Shown: positions 38,225-49,600, counted from the stretch's first letter. The stretch is 64,000 bases of DNA from Anthoceros angustus (GCA_010909165.1 MU008211.1:186001-250000); one strand, 5' to 3'. Numbers and translations: made by a program. Notes: a model not told the origin generated them from the sequence alone.

Positions 38225-41137
38225 TCAGGGTCGTCCGTTACAACTGCAAGAACCAGCTGCAAATCGATGCACACGGTATCCATCCCTTACAACAATGTCT
38301 CTCTGTTCAAGCCTTGACATAATCTCTGTGGAACTGTGGCAGTCACTGCACATGCGGAGATTCTTCGTTACCACCAGAGGTGTGCCACTCGGAGTGTTCA
38401 AGAGACCAAACGCCAGGGCTAGCTTCTCAGCATGCCCACAAAGCACGTCTTCCTTTCCTTCCTCAGCCAGTGGCTTCAACACCAACTTTGTGTGAGGTGC
38501 ATGGCCTCCGTCCTGCTGCGCACGTGCATTCATGCTCTCTACCTTGAGCGCAATATCGTCTCGCCTCTCTCCCACCAGAAATGTATGTACCCCCTGATTC
38601 ACCTCGATGGTCGCCACAGCAGGTTTCTTGCTCGCTCCTGCTACCCTTCTCTGTGTTTCAATCCTGTCTACATCGGGCCACCTACCTGCATCCGCATAGG
38701 CGTTCGCCATGAGCACATATGCACGCGCATCCTGGGGGTCCAGCCTGATGATGCTTTCAAAACACCACATCGCCCTCTCCAGATCCCCGTGACTTTTGCA
38801 GGCATTCAACAAAGACCTCAAGCCCACAACATTACTTTGGCACTCACATGACAAAAGCATCTTCTCTGCCTCATCCAAATGGCCCGCACGGCCAAGAAGA
38901 TCAATCATGCAGGTGTAATGCTCGATAGTAGGTTTGATGCCATGCTGATCAGCCATGGAATCAAAGTGCTTGCGACCCTCACGGACTAGTCCCTCATGAC
39001 TGCATGCCACCAAAAGGCAAGTAAAAGTAGCACCATCGGGCTGAACACCGGCAACCAACATGTCCTCAAAACAAGCTAGTGCTCCATGACCATCGTCACA
39101 AGTACCATACCCAGCTATCAGGGCATTCCATATCACCACATCTTTGTTGACCAGGCTGTCAAAAACCTGCCGTGCATCTTTCAGTTCACCACATTTTGCA
39201 TACATGTCCACCAGGCAGTGCCCACCAGTATGTCCAGCAGTCCTCTTTGACAATCTGTGAGTGCAGCTGCCTGCCCTTCTGTAAGGCACCAGTGCACAGG
39301 CCTTCAGAAGGCAAGCAAAAGTAACATGGTTAGCCAAAATCAGGCCCTCCTGCTCCATTTGTCCGTACACAACAAGCGCCTCTTGGCCGAGTCCTTGCTG
39401 TGCATACCCAGCGATCAGCGCCGTCCATGTTACCACATCCTTCGTGGCCATGCCGTCAAAAACCTGCCGTGCAGCTTCCAGTTCACCACATTTTGCATAC
39501 ATGTCCACCAGGCTGTTGCCCACCAGTATGTCGTGCAGCAATCCTCTTTGGACAATCCGTGAGTGCAGCTGCCTGCCCTTCTGTAAGGCACCAGTGCTTG
39601 CACAGGCGTTCAGAAGACAAGCAAAAGTAACATGGTTACCCAAAGTCAGGCCCTCCTGCTCCATTTGTCCATGCACAACAAGCGCCTCTTGGCCGAGTCC
39701 TTGCTGTGCATACCCAGCAATCAGGGCATTCCATGTCACCACATCCTTCGAGGCCATGCTATCAAAAACCTGGCGTGCATCTTCCAATTCGCCACATTTT
39801 GCATACATGTCCACCAGGCAGTTGCCCACCAGTATCCAGCAGTCCTCTTTGACAATCTGTGAGTGCAGCTGCCTGCCCTGCTGTAAGGCACCAGTGCTTG
39901 CACAGGCCTTCAGAAGGCAAGCAAAAGTAAAATGGTTAGCCAAAATCAGGCCTTCCTGCTCCATTCGTCTAACAACAAGCGCCTCTTGCCCGAGCCCTTG
40001 CTGAGCATACCCAGCAATCAGCGCCGACCATGTCACCACATCCTTTGTGGCCAAGCTTTCAAAAACCTGGCGTGCATCTTTCAGTTCGCCACATTTTGCA
40101 TACATGTCCACCAGGCAGGTGCCAACAAACAAGTTAGTAGGAATGCCACTGTGCAACACATCACAGTGCACTTTTCTGCCAGATTCCAAGTCGGCGGCCA
40201 ATGCACAAGCTTGAAGGGCAGCTATAAAGACGTGGGCATCCGCCTTCGCTCCTGACCTACGCATCTCATGGTACAGTTTCACGGCCTCATGAGGTTTCCC
40301 ATGCTTAGCGTATGCAGAGATTATGGAAGACCACATGAAGGCATCTGGTTTGGCCACCCTGGTGAGCACATGCGTGGCCTCCTCTAGCCTACCTCCACAC
40401 GCATACATGCGCAAGATATGGTTCCCCAAGTATGCATTCGCCTCGTACCCAAGTTTGACACACAGATCATGAACTCGTCGCCCCACAACCAAATCCTTCT
40501 TAGCTGTACACAGTTTTAGCACAGTGTAAAACAGAGACTGAGAAATAGCAGAGTCTGTCTGCGCCAGAGATTCCAGGGCTCCAACGGCCTCAGAAAGCTT
40601 CCCCTGCTGACATAACATGCTCACGGTTCCAGCCGTTACGACGCCCATTTCCGATCCTGCACGCCTGCCAGGTTCAGGCTTATCCGGAGAGCTCGACTTG
40701 GAAGGAGAGGCACCATGACCCATCTGCATATCCAAGGAAACGAGCTGCTCATCAACCCAAGCTGGCTTACACACATTGTTTAACCACAGCACCTCTCCGG
40801 ACCCCTTGTGCCGAAAGTCAGGCGAACGGGAGCTCTTCTTATCTCGTCTGTTGTCCCACCACATGGTAGGCTCCAGAAAAAACTGTTGCCACAAGTGCTC
40901 CTGCTCCTGGCGACGACCATCGCTGGAATAGCCCTCCCCACCCACACATTTTCGGGGAAGTGGAAGTGGAAGTGGAAGTGCTGGGCTCATTACCCTGCTG
41001 CACCTGGAGGCTTGGTTGTTTGCCAGGCATTGACTCCCTGACGTGAGGTGTGCGGGAGCTCCTCGTAGAATGCCTGCAGACCCACCAATTGCAATTTGTT
41101 GGCTCCACAACGGGTCCGGTTGCCATACTGTGGCCAT
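38225..41137 (-). CDS. PLS-class PPR protein with N-terminal OSB-type PDF motif and C-terminal E-DYW:KP (GRP-type) deaminase-like domain; candidate organellar U-to-C RNA editing factor
   Basis: Intronless 970-aa ORF. P/L/S repeats (VVTWxALIAGYAQQG, TFACLLKACA, LVDMYAKCG), P2-L2-S2, E1/E2, KKPAVATIEV box, HAEKLA...CSDCH zinc motif, terminal CSCNGRP. aa ~80-136 WQQFFLEPTMWWDNRRDKKSSRSPDFRHKGSGEVLWL. Confidence 0.95.
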   Translation of the reverse strand: MATVWQPDPLWSQQIAIGGSAGILRGAPAHLTSGSQCLANNQASRCSRVMSPALPLPLPLPRKCVGGEGYSSDGRRQEQEHLWQQFFLEPTMWWDNRRDKKSSRSPDFRHKGSGEVLWLNNVCKPAWVDEQLVSLDMQMGHGASPSKSSSPDKPEPGRRAGSEMGVVTAGTVSMLCQQGKLSEAVGALESLAQTDSAISQSLFYTVLKLCTAKKDLVVGRRVHDLCVKLGYEANAYLGNHILRMYACGGRLEEATHVLTRVAKPDAFMWSSIISAYAKHGKPHEAVKLYHEMRRSGAKADAHVFIAALQACALAADLESGRKVHCDVLHSGIPTNLFVGTCLVDMYAKCGELKDARQVFESLATKDVVTWSALIAGYAQQGLGQEALVVRRMEQEGLILANHFTFACLLKACASTGALQQGRQLHSQIVKEDCWILVGNCLVDMYAKCGELEDARQVFDSMASKDVVTWNALIAGYAQQGLGQEALVVHGQMEQEGLTLGNHVTFACLLNACASTGALQKGRQLHSRIVQRGLLHDILVGNSLVDMYAKCGELEAARQVFDGMATKDVVTWTALIAGYAQQGLGQEALVVYGQMEQEGLILANHVTFACLLKACALVPYRRAGSCTHRLSKRTAGHTGGHCLVDMYAKCGELKDARQVFDSLVNKDVVIWNALIAGYGTCDDGHGALACFEDMLVAGVQPDGATFTCLLVACSHEGLVREGRKHFDSMADQHGIKPTIEHYTCMIDLLGRAGHLDEAEKMLLSCECQSNVVGLRSLLNACKSHGDLERAMWCFESIIRLDPQDARAYVLMANAYADAGRWPDVDRIETQRRVAGASKKPAVATIEVNQGVHTFLVGERRDDIALKVESMNARAQQDGGHAPHTKLVLKPLAEEGKEDVLCGHAEKLALAFGLLNTPSGTPLVVTKNLRMCSDCHSSTEIMSRLEQRDIVVRDGYRVHRFAAGSCSCNGRP
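39150..40130 (-). repeat. Near-identical ~300 bp tandem S-P-L PPR triplets (3+ units)
   Basis: 'ccacattttgcatacatgtccaccagg' recurs at ~39189, ~39487, ~39792 and ~40089. Confidence 0.9.
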
Positions 41138-41999
41138 CGTTCAAACCGCTGTCGGAAGATGAGTCTAACCACAGACCATGGCTGGATGCGCATGAATTGT
41201 GCACGACTGCACCACCCTAGAACCATGCAGGATTTTTGTGGGTACCCAGGAAAAAACGAACGGCATGGTCTCGAGTCTTGGTCAGAAAAGATGGTTTTTG
41301 GCAGATTTAATTCAAGTGAGCTTTATGGCGTGCTGTTAGGAACACTTGGGCAGTCGGGACGCGGCGCATAATTTGTAGCGCTTATTTTTAATTTTGTTCG
41401 GATTAGGCGCGGTTCCTAAAAATCGTCAAGTTATAAACAGGCGTGTGTGCAGACGTGGGCCCCACCACTCATATTCCGGTTGCCCGTGACCACGGGATGC
41501 CGGTGCATCCCCTAATGCTATGGCCATGCATCCATCCAAGCATCGTATATAATTAAGCCTACGAAACCGTAATCCCATTCACGGATGGTTCACGATGCCA
41601 TGAACACTATTAGGCTGTTTATTGCACGTACATTACATGTTCAAACTTGCGAGCGCCTTCATCAACCGCGCACTCACTGTAAACGTCGATCCATCGAGTG
41701 TCGAACATTTCAAGCTCTGAGTGTAGAAGCATCAGCTGGTCTTGACCTGCCGATCGGGTGGGAGGTATAGGAACCACCGCAAGGTCCTTTCAAAATCCTT
41801 GATTTGATATTATCTTCTGTTGTTATCGGCAGAGAAGTGTTGACTGAAGGGAAATGCACTCCGTTGTTGTCTAATGTCACCATCATTCGGTGGGATAGAG
41901 TGGAGGACTTGCTCCATGGAGACAGTATGGACCACTCATTTCCTACCTCGTTGTGGAAGGAGAACGACAAAAAGGCAAGGGGAACTAACGTCATACGTA

Positions 42000-43582
42000 G
42001 ACAAAACATGTGGTCTTGGCCCATGCACACCAAGTATTGGTGTGCGTAGCGCCATAGCCGCATAGCGGTCATAGGCATCTAATGCTACCCTACCACAATG
42101 GCTGTTATGTGATCTAATCATGTGTTCACGCGCACCGTCCTCGAACGAGGATTCGGACACAAGGTACTGCCTGCCATGTGCCCTGCCTGCTTACAATTTC
42201 CACACAGGCGTTCAAAGTCCCCGTTGCCTTGCCGAGTGGGGTATGGACACGCGTTGGAGTAGTGCGGGGTTCCCAGTTCAATGAGACCACCGCCACGAGA
42301 ATTCTGGAGGGCTCCCATGCGGTCTTGCGCCAGTCGATGCAGATGGACCGGCTTGGGTACATCGTCTGGATCTGGCGGTGGTGGTGCTTCTTGCACTTGG
42401 TATGCATCCTCCCACTGTTCCTCAGACTCTTCCCCGTAGTCATACTCCACAGTTCCGCAGTGCGGAGGCGGTTGGCCTTGAATGCCCATGTTGGTGACAC
42501 ACCGCACACCACAGATGAGTCCGGACCGTGGTGGCCGCCTTACGCCGTTCTTTATCCTTCACCTGGTTGATCGTCAACTCCTCCACCCTCTTCATTACCC
42601 GTTCGGATCTTCCCTCGGCCCGCTACTTCCTTCAAAGGCTGGGTCGGACCTCTCTGCCGATGCGGGCATCATGACCTCCTTCTTTTCCACCCTCACGACT
42701 ACGGGCTTTTCTTCTTAATTCTTGGTGAGTTCTTCTTCTTCCATGACATCCTCGGATTCTTCTTCAGAGTCCTCTTCCTCCTCCTCCGATGCTACCTCGG
42801 TCTCATCATCCTCCTCTTCCGAGGGTTCTTCATCTTCGGAGTCCGACCCCCGTTTCTTCTTTTTCTTCTTTCCTCCTGGAGGCGTCCTCGGCCGTCGTTG
42901 GTGCATCGATTCTTCATAGTTCTCCGCCGCCCGGACCGCCTTGCTCACATCCTTCTCTGCCAACAGCAGCACGTGCTTAGCCATTGGCTTGGATAAGCCA
43001 CTGCGAACCAACGTACGGCCTGCATGGTGGTGTGAGTGGGGTGCCGGTCCCGAAGAGCGTAGAACCGTTCGATGTACGATCCCAACTTCTCCGTCTTGCC
43101 CCGCTTCGGGTTCTCGAGTTTGGACAAGGCGTAGCCTTCTTGATCGATTCCACGGAATCTTTCTAGAAGGCATCCTTCAATCTTGAAGGTTGCGGTGCGT
43201 GGCGGTCGGTATTTCCTCCGCTGAGCGCTGTCCCCTTGGACATGGAGCAATTTGGATGAGGCTGCATCCGAACCTTCTCGTTGAAGTTTGCCCGCGACAC
43301 GAAATCCTCCACGAAGGTTTGACGTCTCTCTCCTTCTTACCTCCAAAGAGAATACGCTTGGTCGGCGTTGTTGCCATCGCGATCGGCAAGGGTTGAGGAA
43401 CCGCCCCTTACCACCGCGACTTGGTCTGCTTCCTCCTCGATCCGACAACTCCACGCTTACATTGGTGGTGACCTCGCCTCGAGCTCGTCGTCTCTCACGT
43501 GCTGCGCTCGGGCGCTCGGCGATCTGGCGTCCGACTCTCGGATTTCGTCCCTACCTCACGTCCTCACGCATCCACGCTTGCT
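42000..43582 (-). mobile_element. Decayed gag of gypsy element G3; no pol seen
   Basis: EKLGSYIERFYALRDR, QAVRWFAV, DVSKAVRAAENYEES, acidic tract, knuckles GTPHYSNAC and CGNCKQAGHMAGSTLC. Confidence 0.75.
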
Positions 43583-43606
43583 GGGATTTCATTCCCGGCA
43601 GCGCCA
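43583..43606 (-). promoter_or_regulatory. Primer-binding site of G3, same shortened tRNA-Asp-like form as G2
   Basis: 'gggatttcattcccggcagcgcca' + 'aaa' + LTR start 'tgtagac' at 43610. Confidence 0.7.
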
Positions 43607-43609
43607 AAA

Positions 43610-46600
43610 TGTAGACTTTTGTTGGCGACGCGCACAATCCGTGTCGTTGTAGGAAGGAGTCCGTTCCCAAGGAATAAGCTCCGTTTGCGGCGTTTCGATT
43701 CTCGTCTTACTTTGCGTCGTTCGGTCTCCGCGCACATTCATCGATTCGTCTAACTACTACGCGTTCACGCCACGAGGCCGGTATGGCCAAGCGTTTAAGG
43801 ACCGTTCGCGTCCGTTCGTTCGTTAAATCCTCACCTCTAGTCCGTTCCTCTCTCCACTCACACTACACTTATCGGTCTTAGGAAGGCAGCGCGGGTTACG
43901 GTCCGGACCTCCTCCTCGTTCTGCGGGCCTCTCGTCCAGACTCTGCCGCCCTCCGAGTCCCTCCGGCTCACGTTCCGGTCCGTTCGGCGGCGGGGCGGCG
44001 ACGGTCCCAGTCACCCTTCCCGCACACCACAACACGTTAGGTCGTCACGGGACCACGATCAATCTCTCGGGTATCGTGCACCTTTCGGTGACTCGGGACT
44101 CACGTTAGCAGAAGACACACAAGTGCAGAAGGCATCAACACCAAGAAAGATGATTTATTGAGGCGGACCCCTCTTATACTACGCCCAAGTCGGCGTCTTT
44201 ATTACACCCTATTACGGTGATGGCCCATTTCGGTATACTAATCGGCCTACCATCCTATTCCTCCCCTATCTCCTTTCGGCGGTGGGGGGGAAGGTCCGGG
44301 TTCGCCTTGGGATTGGTGGTCCAATCTCCGTCAGCGATTGCGGCGCACCCAATCGGATGATCCGTGGCGGGACCCCTCCTTCTCCGGAATCACAGCCGGG
44401 TTGGGCTCGGTGCGGCGCCGCCCGTTACCACACGTCATCCTCCCAGCCTCCCGTGGGTCCCCTCGGTGGGGCCATATCTGCTCCCCTAAGCGTAAGTCGA
44501 AGGGGCTCCTCCTTCTTGCGGGTCCGGACCTCGGTCGGTCTCGACTCCGGTCTGAACTCAGTCGTCTTATTTCTGAGTCAGGTGGGTCCGGCCTCGTCTC
44601 TGGGGTTCGGACCTCGGTCGAACTTATTCAGTCCGGTCCCCAAGCTCCGGACCCCTTATCATGGACCTCGTCTTGCTGGGTCCTCATCCCTACCCAGGCC
44701 CTTGTCTTGGGTCGGGTTGGCTCCTTCACCTTCGCCGTCACCTCCCTTCTCCCGGCGGGTTGCGGTGAACTTACCACAGGGTCCGTTCGTCTCGCTCCTC
44801 TTGAGGCTCTTCTCCCCATGCCGTCGTCTCCAAGCAGGGGCCACTAGAGTCCCGTCTTTGTCCCCATGCCCTTCTTCCCCTCAGGCCTTCCGGTCGTCTG
44901 TGCGCGGGGCGAGGCCTCTGCCGAGCTCGGCGTGGTAATAGGCAAAGTCCGAATCCACTTGTTGGATTGCCTCTTCCACGTGTGCGGGCACCGATACTCC
45001 CTTCGCCATAGGTGCTCGGGAGGTCTTTGCCCGACTTGTTGGACCACCTCCCCCCGGGTTTGATATGGGCGGTGCTTCAGTGCAGGCGCCTCGGTCACCT
45101 CCGCCTTGTTGTTGCTCCACTGCTCCAACTCCCTCGCTTCGTTCAGCGCGGCTTAGCGCGGCGTTCCCCTTCCGCCTTCCTCAAGGGACGCGGCTTCTTA
45201 TGCCTTCCGGTGCTCTCGCTCTGTCCATTACATTAACTCCGCCATCTCCCTCTCCGGACGGTCGGGCAACTTTGCGGTGCGGGCTTCGCCAGGCCCTTCT
45301 CCATCTCGGCGTCTGCTCCTGTTCCATCGCCGTCTCTCGTCATAGCAGGCGGGCCGCTCTATTTCGTTCGCGTTCGCGACCACGTCCTATGACTACCATT
45401 CCTCTCAATGGTAGTTTGGGCTGACTCAAGGTCTCCTTGCGGTCTTCCATCTCCTGCTGCTCCACCTCCGGAGTCAGAGATCCTCCATCTCCTTGTCGCG
45501 AACTTCACAGGCTGGTGGTCGCGCTTGCTCCACCTCCTGCTCCATCTTGAGGCGGTGGGCGCTCTATCTCCTCGAAGTCTTGGATTCTCGTCTTACTTTG
45601 CGTCCGTTCGCGCACATTCATCGATTCGCGTCTAACTACTACCGCGACACAGGCCGGTATGGCCAAGCGTTTAAGGACCGTTCGTCCGTTCGTTCACGTT
45701 CGTCACTCACCTCTAGTCCGTTCCTCTCTCCTCACTACACTTATCGGTCTTAGGGAAGGCAGCGCGGGTTACAGTCAGGACCTCCTCCGTCGTTCGGGCC
45801 TCTCCGTCCGGGCTGCCGCCTCCGAGTCCCTCCGGCTCACGTTCGGTCCGTTCGGCGGGCGGCTGCAGGGCACGGTCCCCGATCACCTCCCACACACACC
45901 ACAACCGTTAGGTCGTCACGGGACCACGATCAATCTCCCGGGCGTGCCTTTCGGTGACTCGGGACTCACGTTAGCAAGAAGACACACAAAGTGCAGAGCG
46001 GCATCAACACCAAGAAAGATGATTTATTGAGGCGGCCCACCCTCTTATACTACGCCCAAGTCGGCGTCTTTATTACACCTATTACGGTGATGGCCCATTT
46101 CGGTACTGTCGGCCGCCTACCATCCTATTCCCTCCCCTATCTCCTTCGCCCGGTGGGGGGAAGGTCCGGGTTCCGCCTTGGGATTGGTGGTCCAATCTCC
46201 CGTCACGGCGATTGCGGCGCGCAATCGGATGATCCGTGGTAGGACCCCTCCTCTCCGGAATCACAGCCGGGTTGGGCTCGGCGGCGGTCGGCGACGCCCG
46301 TTACCACACGTCATCCTCCCAGCCTCCCGTGGGTCCCCTCGGTGGGGCCACCGGCTATCTGCTCCCCTAGCGTAAGTCGAAGGGGCTCCTCCTTCTGGGT
46401 CCGGACCTCGAGGTCGGTCTCGACTCGGTCTGAACTCCGGTCAGTCTTATTTCTGAGTCCGGTCGGTGGGTCGGCCTCGTCTCGGGTTCGGACCTCGGGG
46501 TCGAACTTATTCAGTCCGGTCCCCAAGCTCCGGACCCCTTGCTCTGGACCTCGTCTTGCTGGGTCCTCATCCCTACCCAGGCCCTTGTCTTGGGTCGGGT

Positions 46601-49600
46601 TGGCTCCTCTCTGCCCTTTGGGCCGTCACCTCCCTTCTCCCGGCGGGTTGCGGTGAACTTACCACAGGGTCCGTTGCGTCTCGCTCCTCTTGAGGCTCTT
46701 CTCCACTCGTCTCAAGCAGGGGCCCCTAGAGTCCCGTCTTTGTCCCCATGCCCTTCTTCCCCTCTCCAGGCCTTCCGGGGTCGTCTTGAGGGCCTCTCGG
46801 GGAGCTCGGCGTGGTAATAGGCAAAGTCCGAATCCACTTGTTGGATTGCCTCTTCCACGTGTGCGGGCACCGATACTCCCTTCGCCATAGGTGCTCGGGG
46901 AGCGTCTTGCCCTTGTTGGACCACCTCCCGTTTGATATTTGCTTCACTTGTGCAGGCCTCGGTCACCTCCGCCGTTGTTGCTCCACCTCCAACTCCTCGC
47001 TTGGCTCGGCTGCCGACATGCGTTCCCCTTCGCCTTCCTCAAGCGGACCGCGGCTTCTTATACGCTTCCGGTGCTCTCTCTGTCCATTACATTAACTCGC
47101 CATCTCCCTCTCCGGACGGTCGGCAACTTTCTGAGGCTCCGCCAGGCCCTTCTCCATCTCGGCGGCGTCACTCCTGTTCCATCGCCGTCACTCCGTCAGC
47201 AGGCTGGGCGCTCTATTTCCGTTCGCGTTCGCGTTTCGACCTATGACTACCATTCCTCTCAATGGTAGTTTGGGCTGACTCAAGGTCTCCTTGCGGTCTT
47301 CCATCTCCTGCTGCTCCACCTCACCGAGTCAGAGATCCTCCATCTCCTTGTCATGACTTCTGGCTGGTCGCTTGCTCGCCTCCTGCTCCATCTTGATGGG
47401 CGCTCTATCTCCTCGAAGTCTTGGACTCTCGTTGAGAACCCCTTGCTTGCTCCGTCTTGGGTTGTAACTCCAAGGTGTCCTTCTTGTCCTCCGGCTCTGC
47501 CGCCTCCCTTCTACCTCCTGCAGTGCGCCACAGGGTCCCGATTTCCGGGTCTTGGCCTCAGTGTTCTGCAGCTCGTCGTGCTTGCTTGCACTGCTCGGCC
47601 TTCAGATTGGCCGTGGCTACCCCAGCCGCCTCCCTCCACGGTTCGATCACGCCGATAGTGATCGCGGTCGGCCTTTGCCGTGGCTTCCGCCTCCCTGGCC
47701 ACCTTCACCTGAGCTTCTCCAGCTTGGCTCTGGTCTAGTCGGGCCGCCTCCGCCAGGTCCCGAGCCCTCTCCGCTTGCGCCCGGGCCTCTTCCGCCTCCT
47801 GCTGCGCTACCCCTCTCCGCCTGCAGAGGTCCTCAGCCCGCGCTTGGGCCTCCTTAGCACCTTGTGCTCCTCCGGTGAAGGAATTTAGTCCGGTCCTTGC
47901 GGATGGACGGACTTCCCTCTCGGCCTCCGGCGTTTCCCTTCCTCAATTCGGCCGAGGCTTGGCCTTCCTCCTTGCCTCCTGGGCCCCTCAAGCTGCTCAC
48001 TGGAGGAGTACCATGCGCCTCGGGTGGCTTCTACCTCCAGGTCTTCTCGGCCATCCCGAGACCCCAAAGCATCGTCCATGTGGTAGCAGGACCGTGTTTC
48101 TTCCACGCCAGTGAGGCTCCCACAAAGTCCGTAGTGGGGCGGCATTTGTGATCGCCGAGGACCTCCATACTGCAGGAGTAAGTCGGTGGGTTCTCGGACC
48201 TAATCGGGACCCTTAGGTCACGAGTCTTGACTCGGAGCTTCACCCTCCTTGGCCCTTTTGGCGCGAGCTCCTTCTCGCCCTTTTTCTCACAGGGCTCGGA
48301 GGAGGTGAGGGGGTCAGGAGCAAGCCCTTTTGCCTCTTCACAGCCGGAGGCAGGACCCGGCTCAGTGCAGGCTGCTTGTGACCTCCTGCTCAGGCGTCCT
48401 TCGCCCTCCTTACAGCTTCCTCGCTTCTTGCCACTCAGGTAGGCGGGGTAAGTCTTGGCACCGTCGAGGTCTTGCGTTGGTGAGTGGTCTTGCGTCTCTT
48501 GGTTCCCTCCCCGGTCCGGCGGGGCTCATGGTATGGTTGTGGGCGGTGGGTGGGCTATTGGGTCGGTCTGCTGTGTGCTCGGTGGGGCACGGAGGAGGAG
48601 GGGGATTTCCTCCATACTTCCACAGGTGGTGAGGGGTCCGTTCAGACGTATGGAGTCGAATTCCCTCGATCGTCCTCCTCCGGGTCCGTTTGGCCTTGGT
48701 CGGCCTCACCTCGGCGCCCTTGCCGCTCCACTTCGGCGGGGCCTCCGGTCCTTTCGGGCGCCCGCTCAAGCTCTCCCTCCTTGAGGGGCTCGAAATGTCC
48801 CCATACATGGATCGGGTATGGGGGCGGCCCAGGCGAGGCTTCTCGCTCCGAGCTTGCCTCCCGGCTAAGCCAGGCGAAGATAATCCTTCCCAGTCGCCCT
48901 CTTCCCCAGTAGCGCATGCGAGAATACCAGCAGTTATCACCAAGGTGATCCACCTTGGTGGCGAGTTCAATGGACAATGATCGGGCTACCGCCCTTACTC
49001 ATCGGCGGTCGGATATCAACCGTTGGTGGTCTCTGCGTCGAGCCTCGACGCCGCGCTGTTGCGGCCCTATCTTCCGCCTTGAGGGGCTCGGCACCACACC
49101 CCTTCTTCCTCCTTTGGGCGGTTGTAGGCGCCCTCGGGACCTCAAGGTCCATCGCCTCGGGTCCTCCGGAGGTTCTTGGACCGCACCTCCTTGTTGTGCC
49201 GCCAACATCTTCGCGAACTCCGGACGGTGTGTTGTCGAGCGTCGGACCGTCAGGAACACATCCGGTGCCACTCCTCACTAATTCTCCGCTTCCTCCGGCC
49301 GGGCCCAAAGTCCGGATAGCGCGGGTCACAATGTTGCGCTCCGAGGTTCCATGGCTCCCAAACTTCCAGGCTTTTGGGTGCCATCGCCTTCTCTCCCTTG
49401 TTCGGCATGCTGTGGCCGGAGTTCAGACGATCGCCCTCCTCGCCCGCGTTCGCCTCCAGCAGCGGTGAACCACGCTCGAAGGTGCTTGGCGCTCAAAGAG
49501 ATAGCGCCGAGCGGGTTGCGGGCGCGAGGCTGGTGTCTCGGCTGCCGTGACCAACCTTCCCCGCCTTTGGGAGTAACGGCGGGCGGGCGCCTCTTCCACA

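Noticed and set aside
39257-40255. Repetitive plus-strand ORFs opposite the PPR gene
   Set aside because: Antisense shadows of the PPR repeats.
40955-40980. (GGAAGT)n repeat encoding PLPLPLP
   Set aside because: Ordinary coding microsatellite in a probable transit-peptide region; not telomeric.
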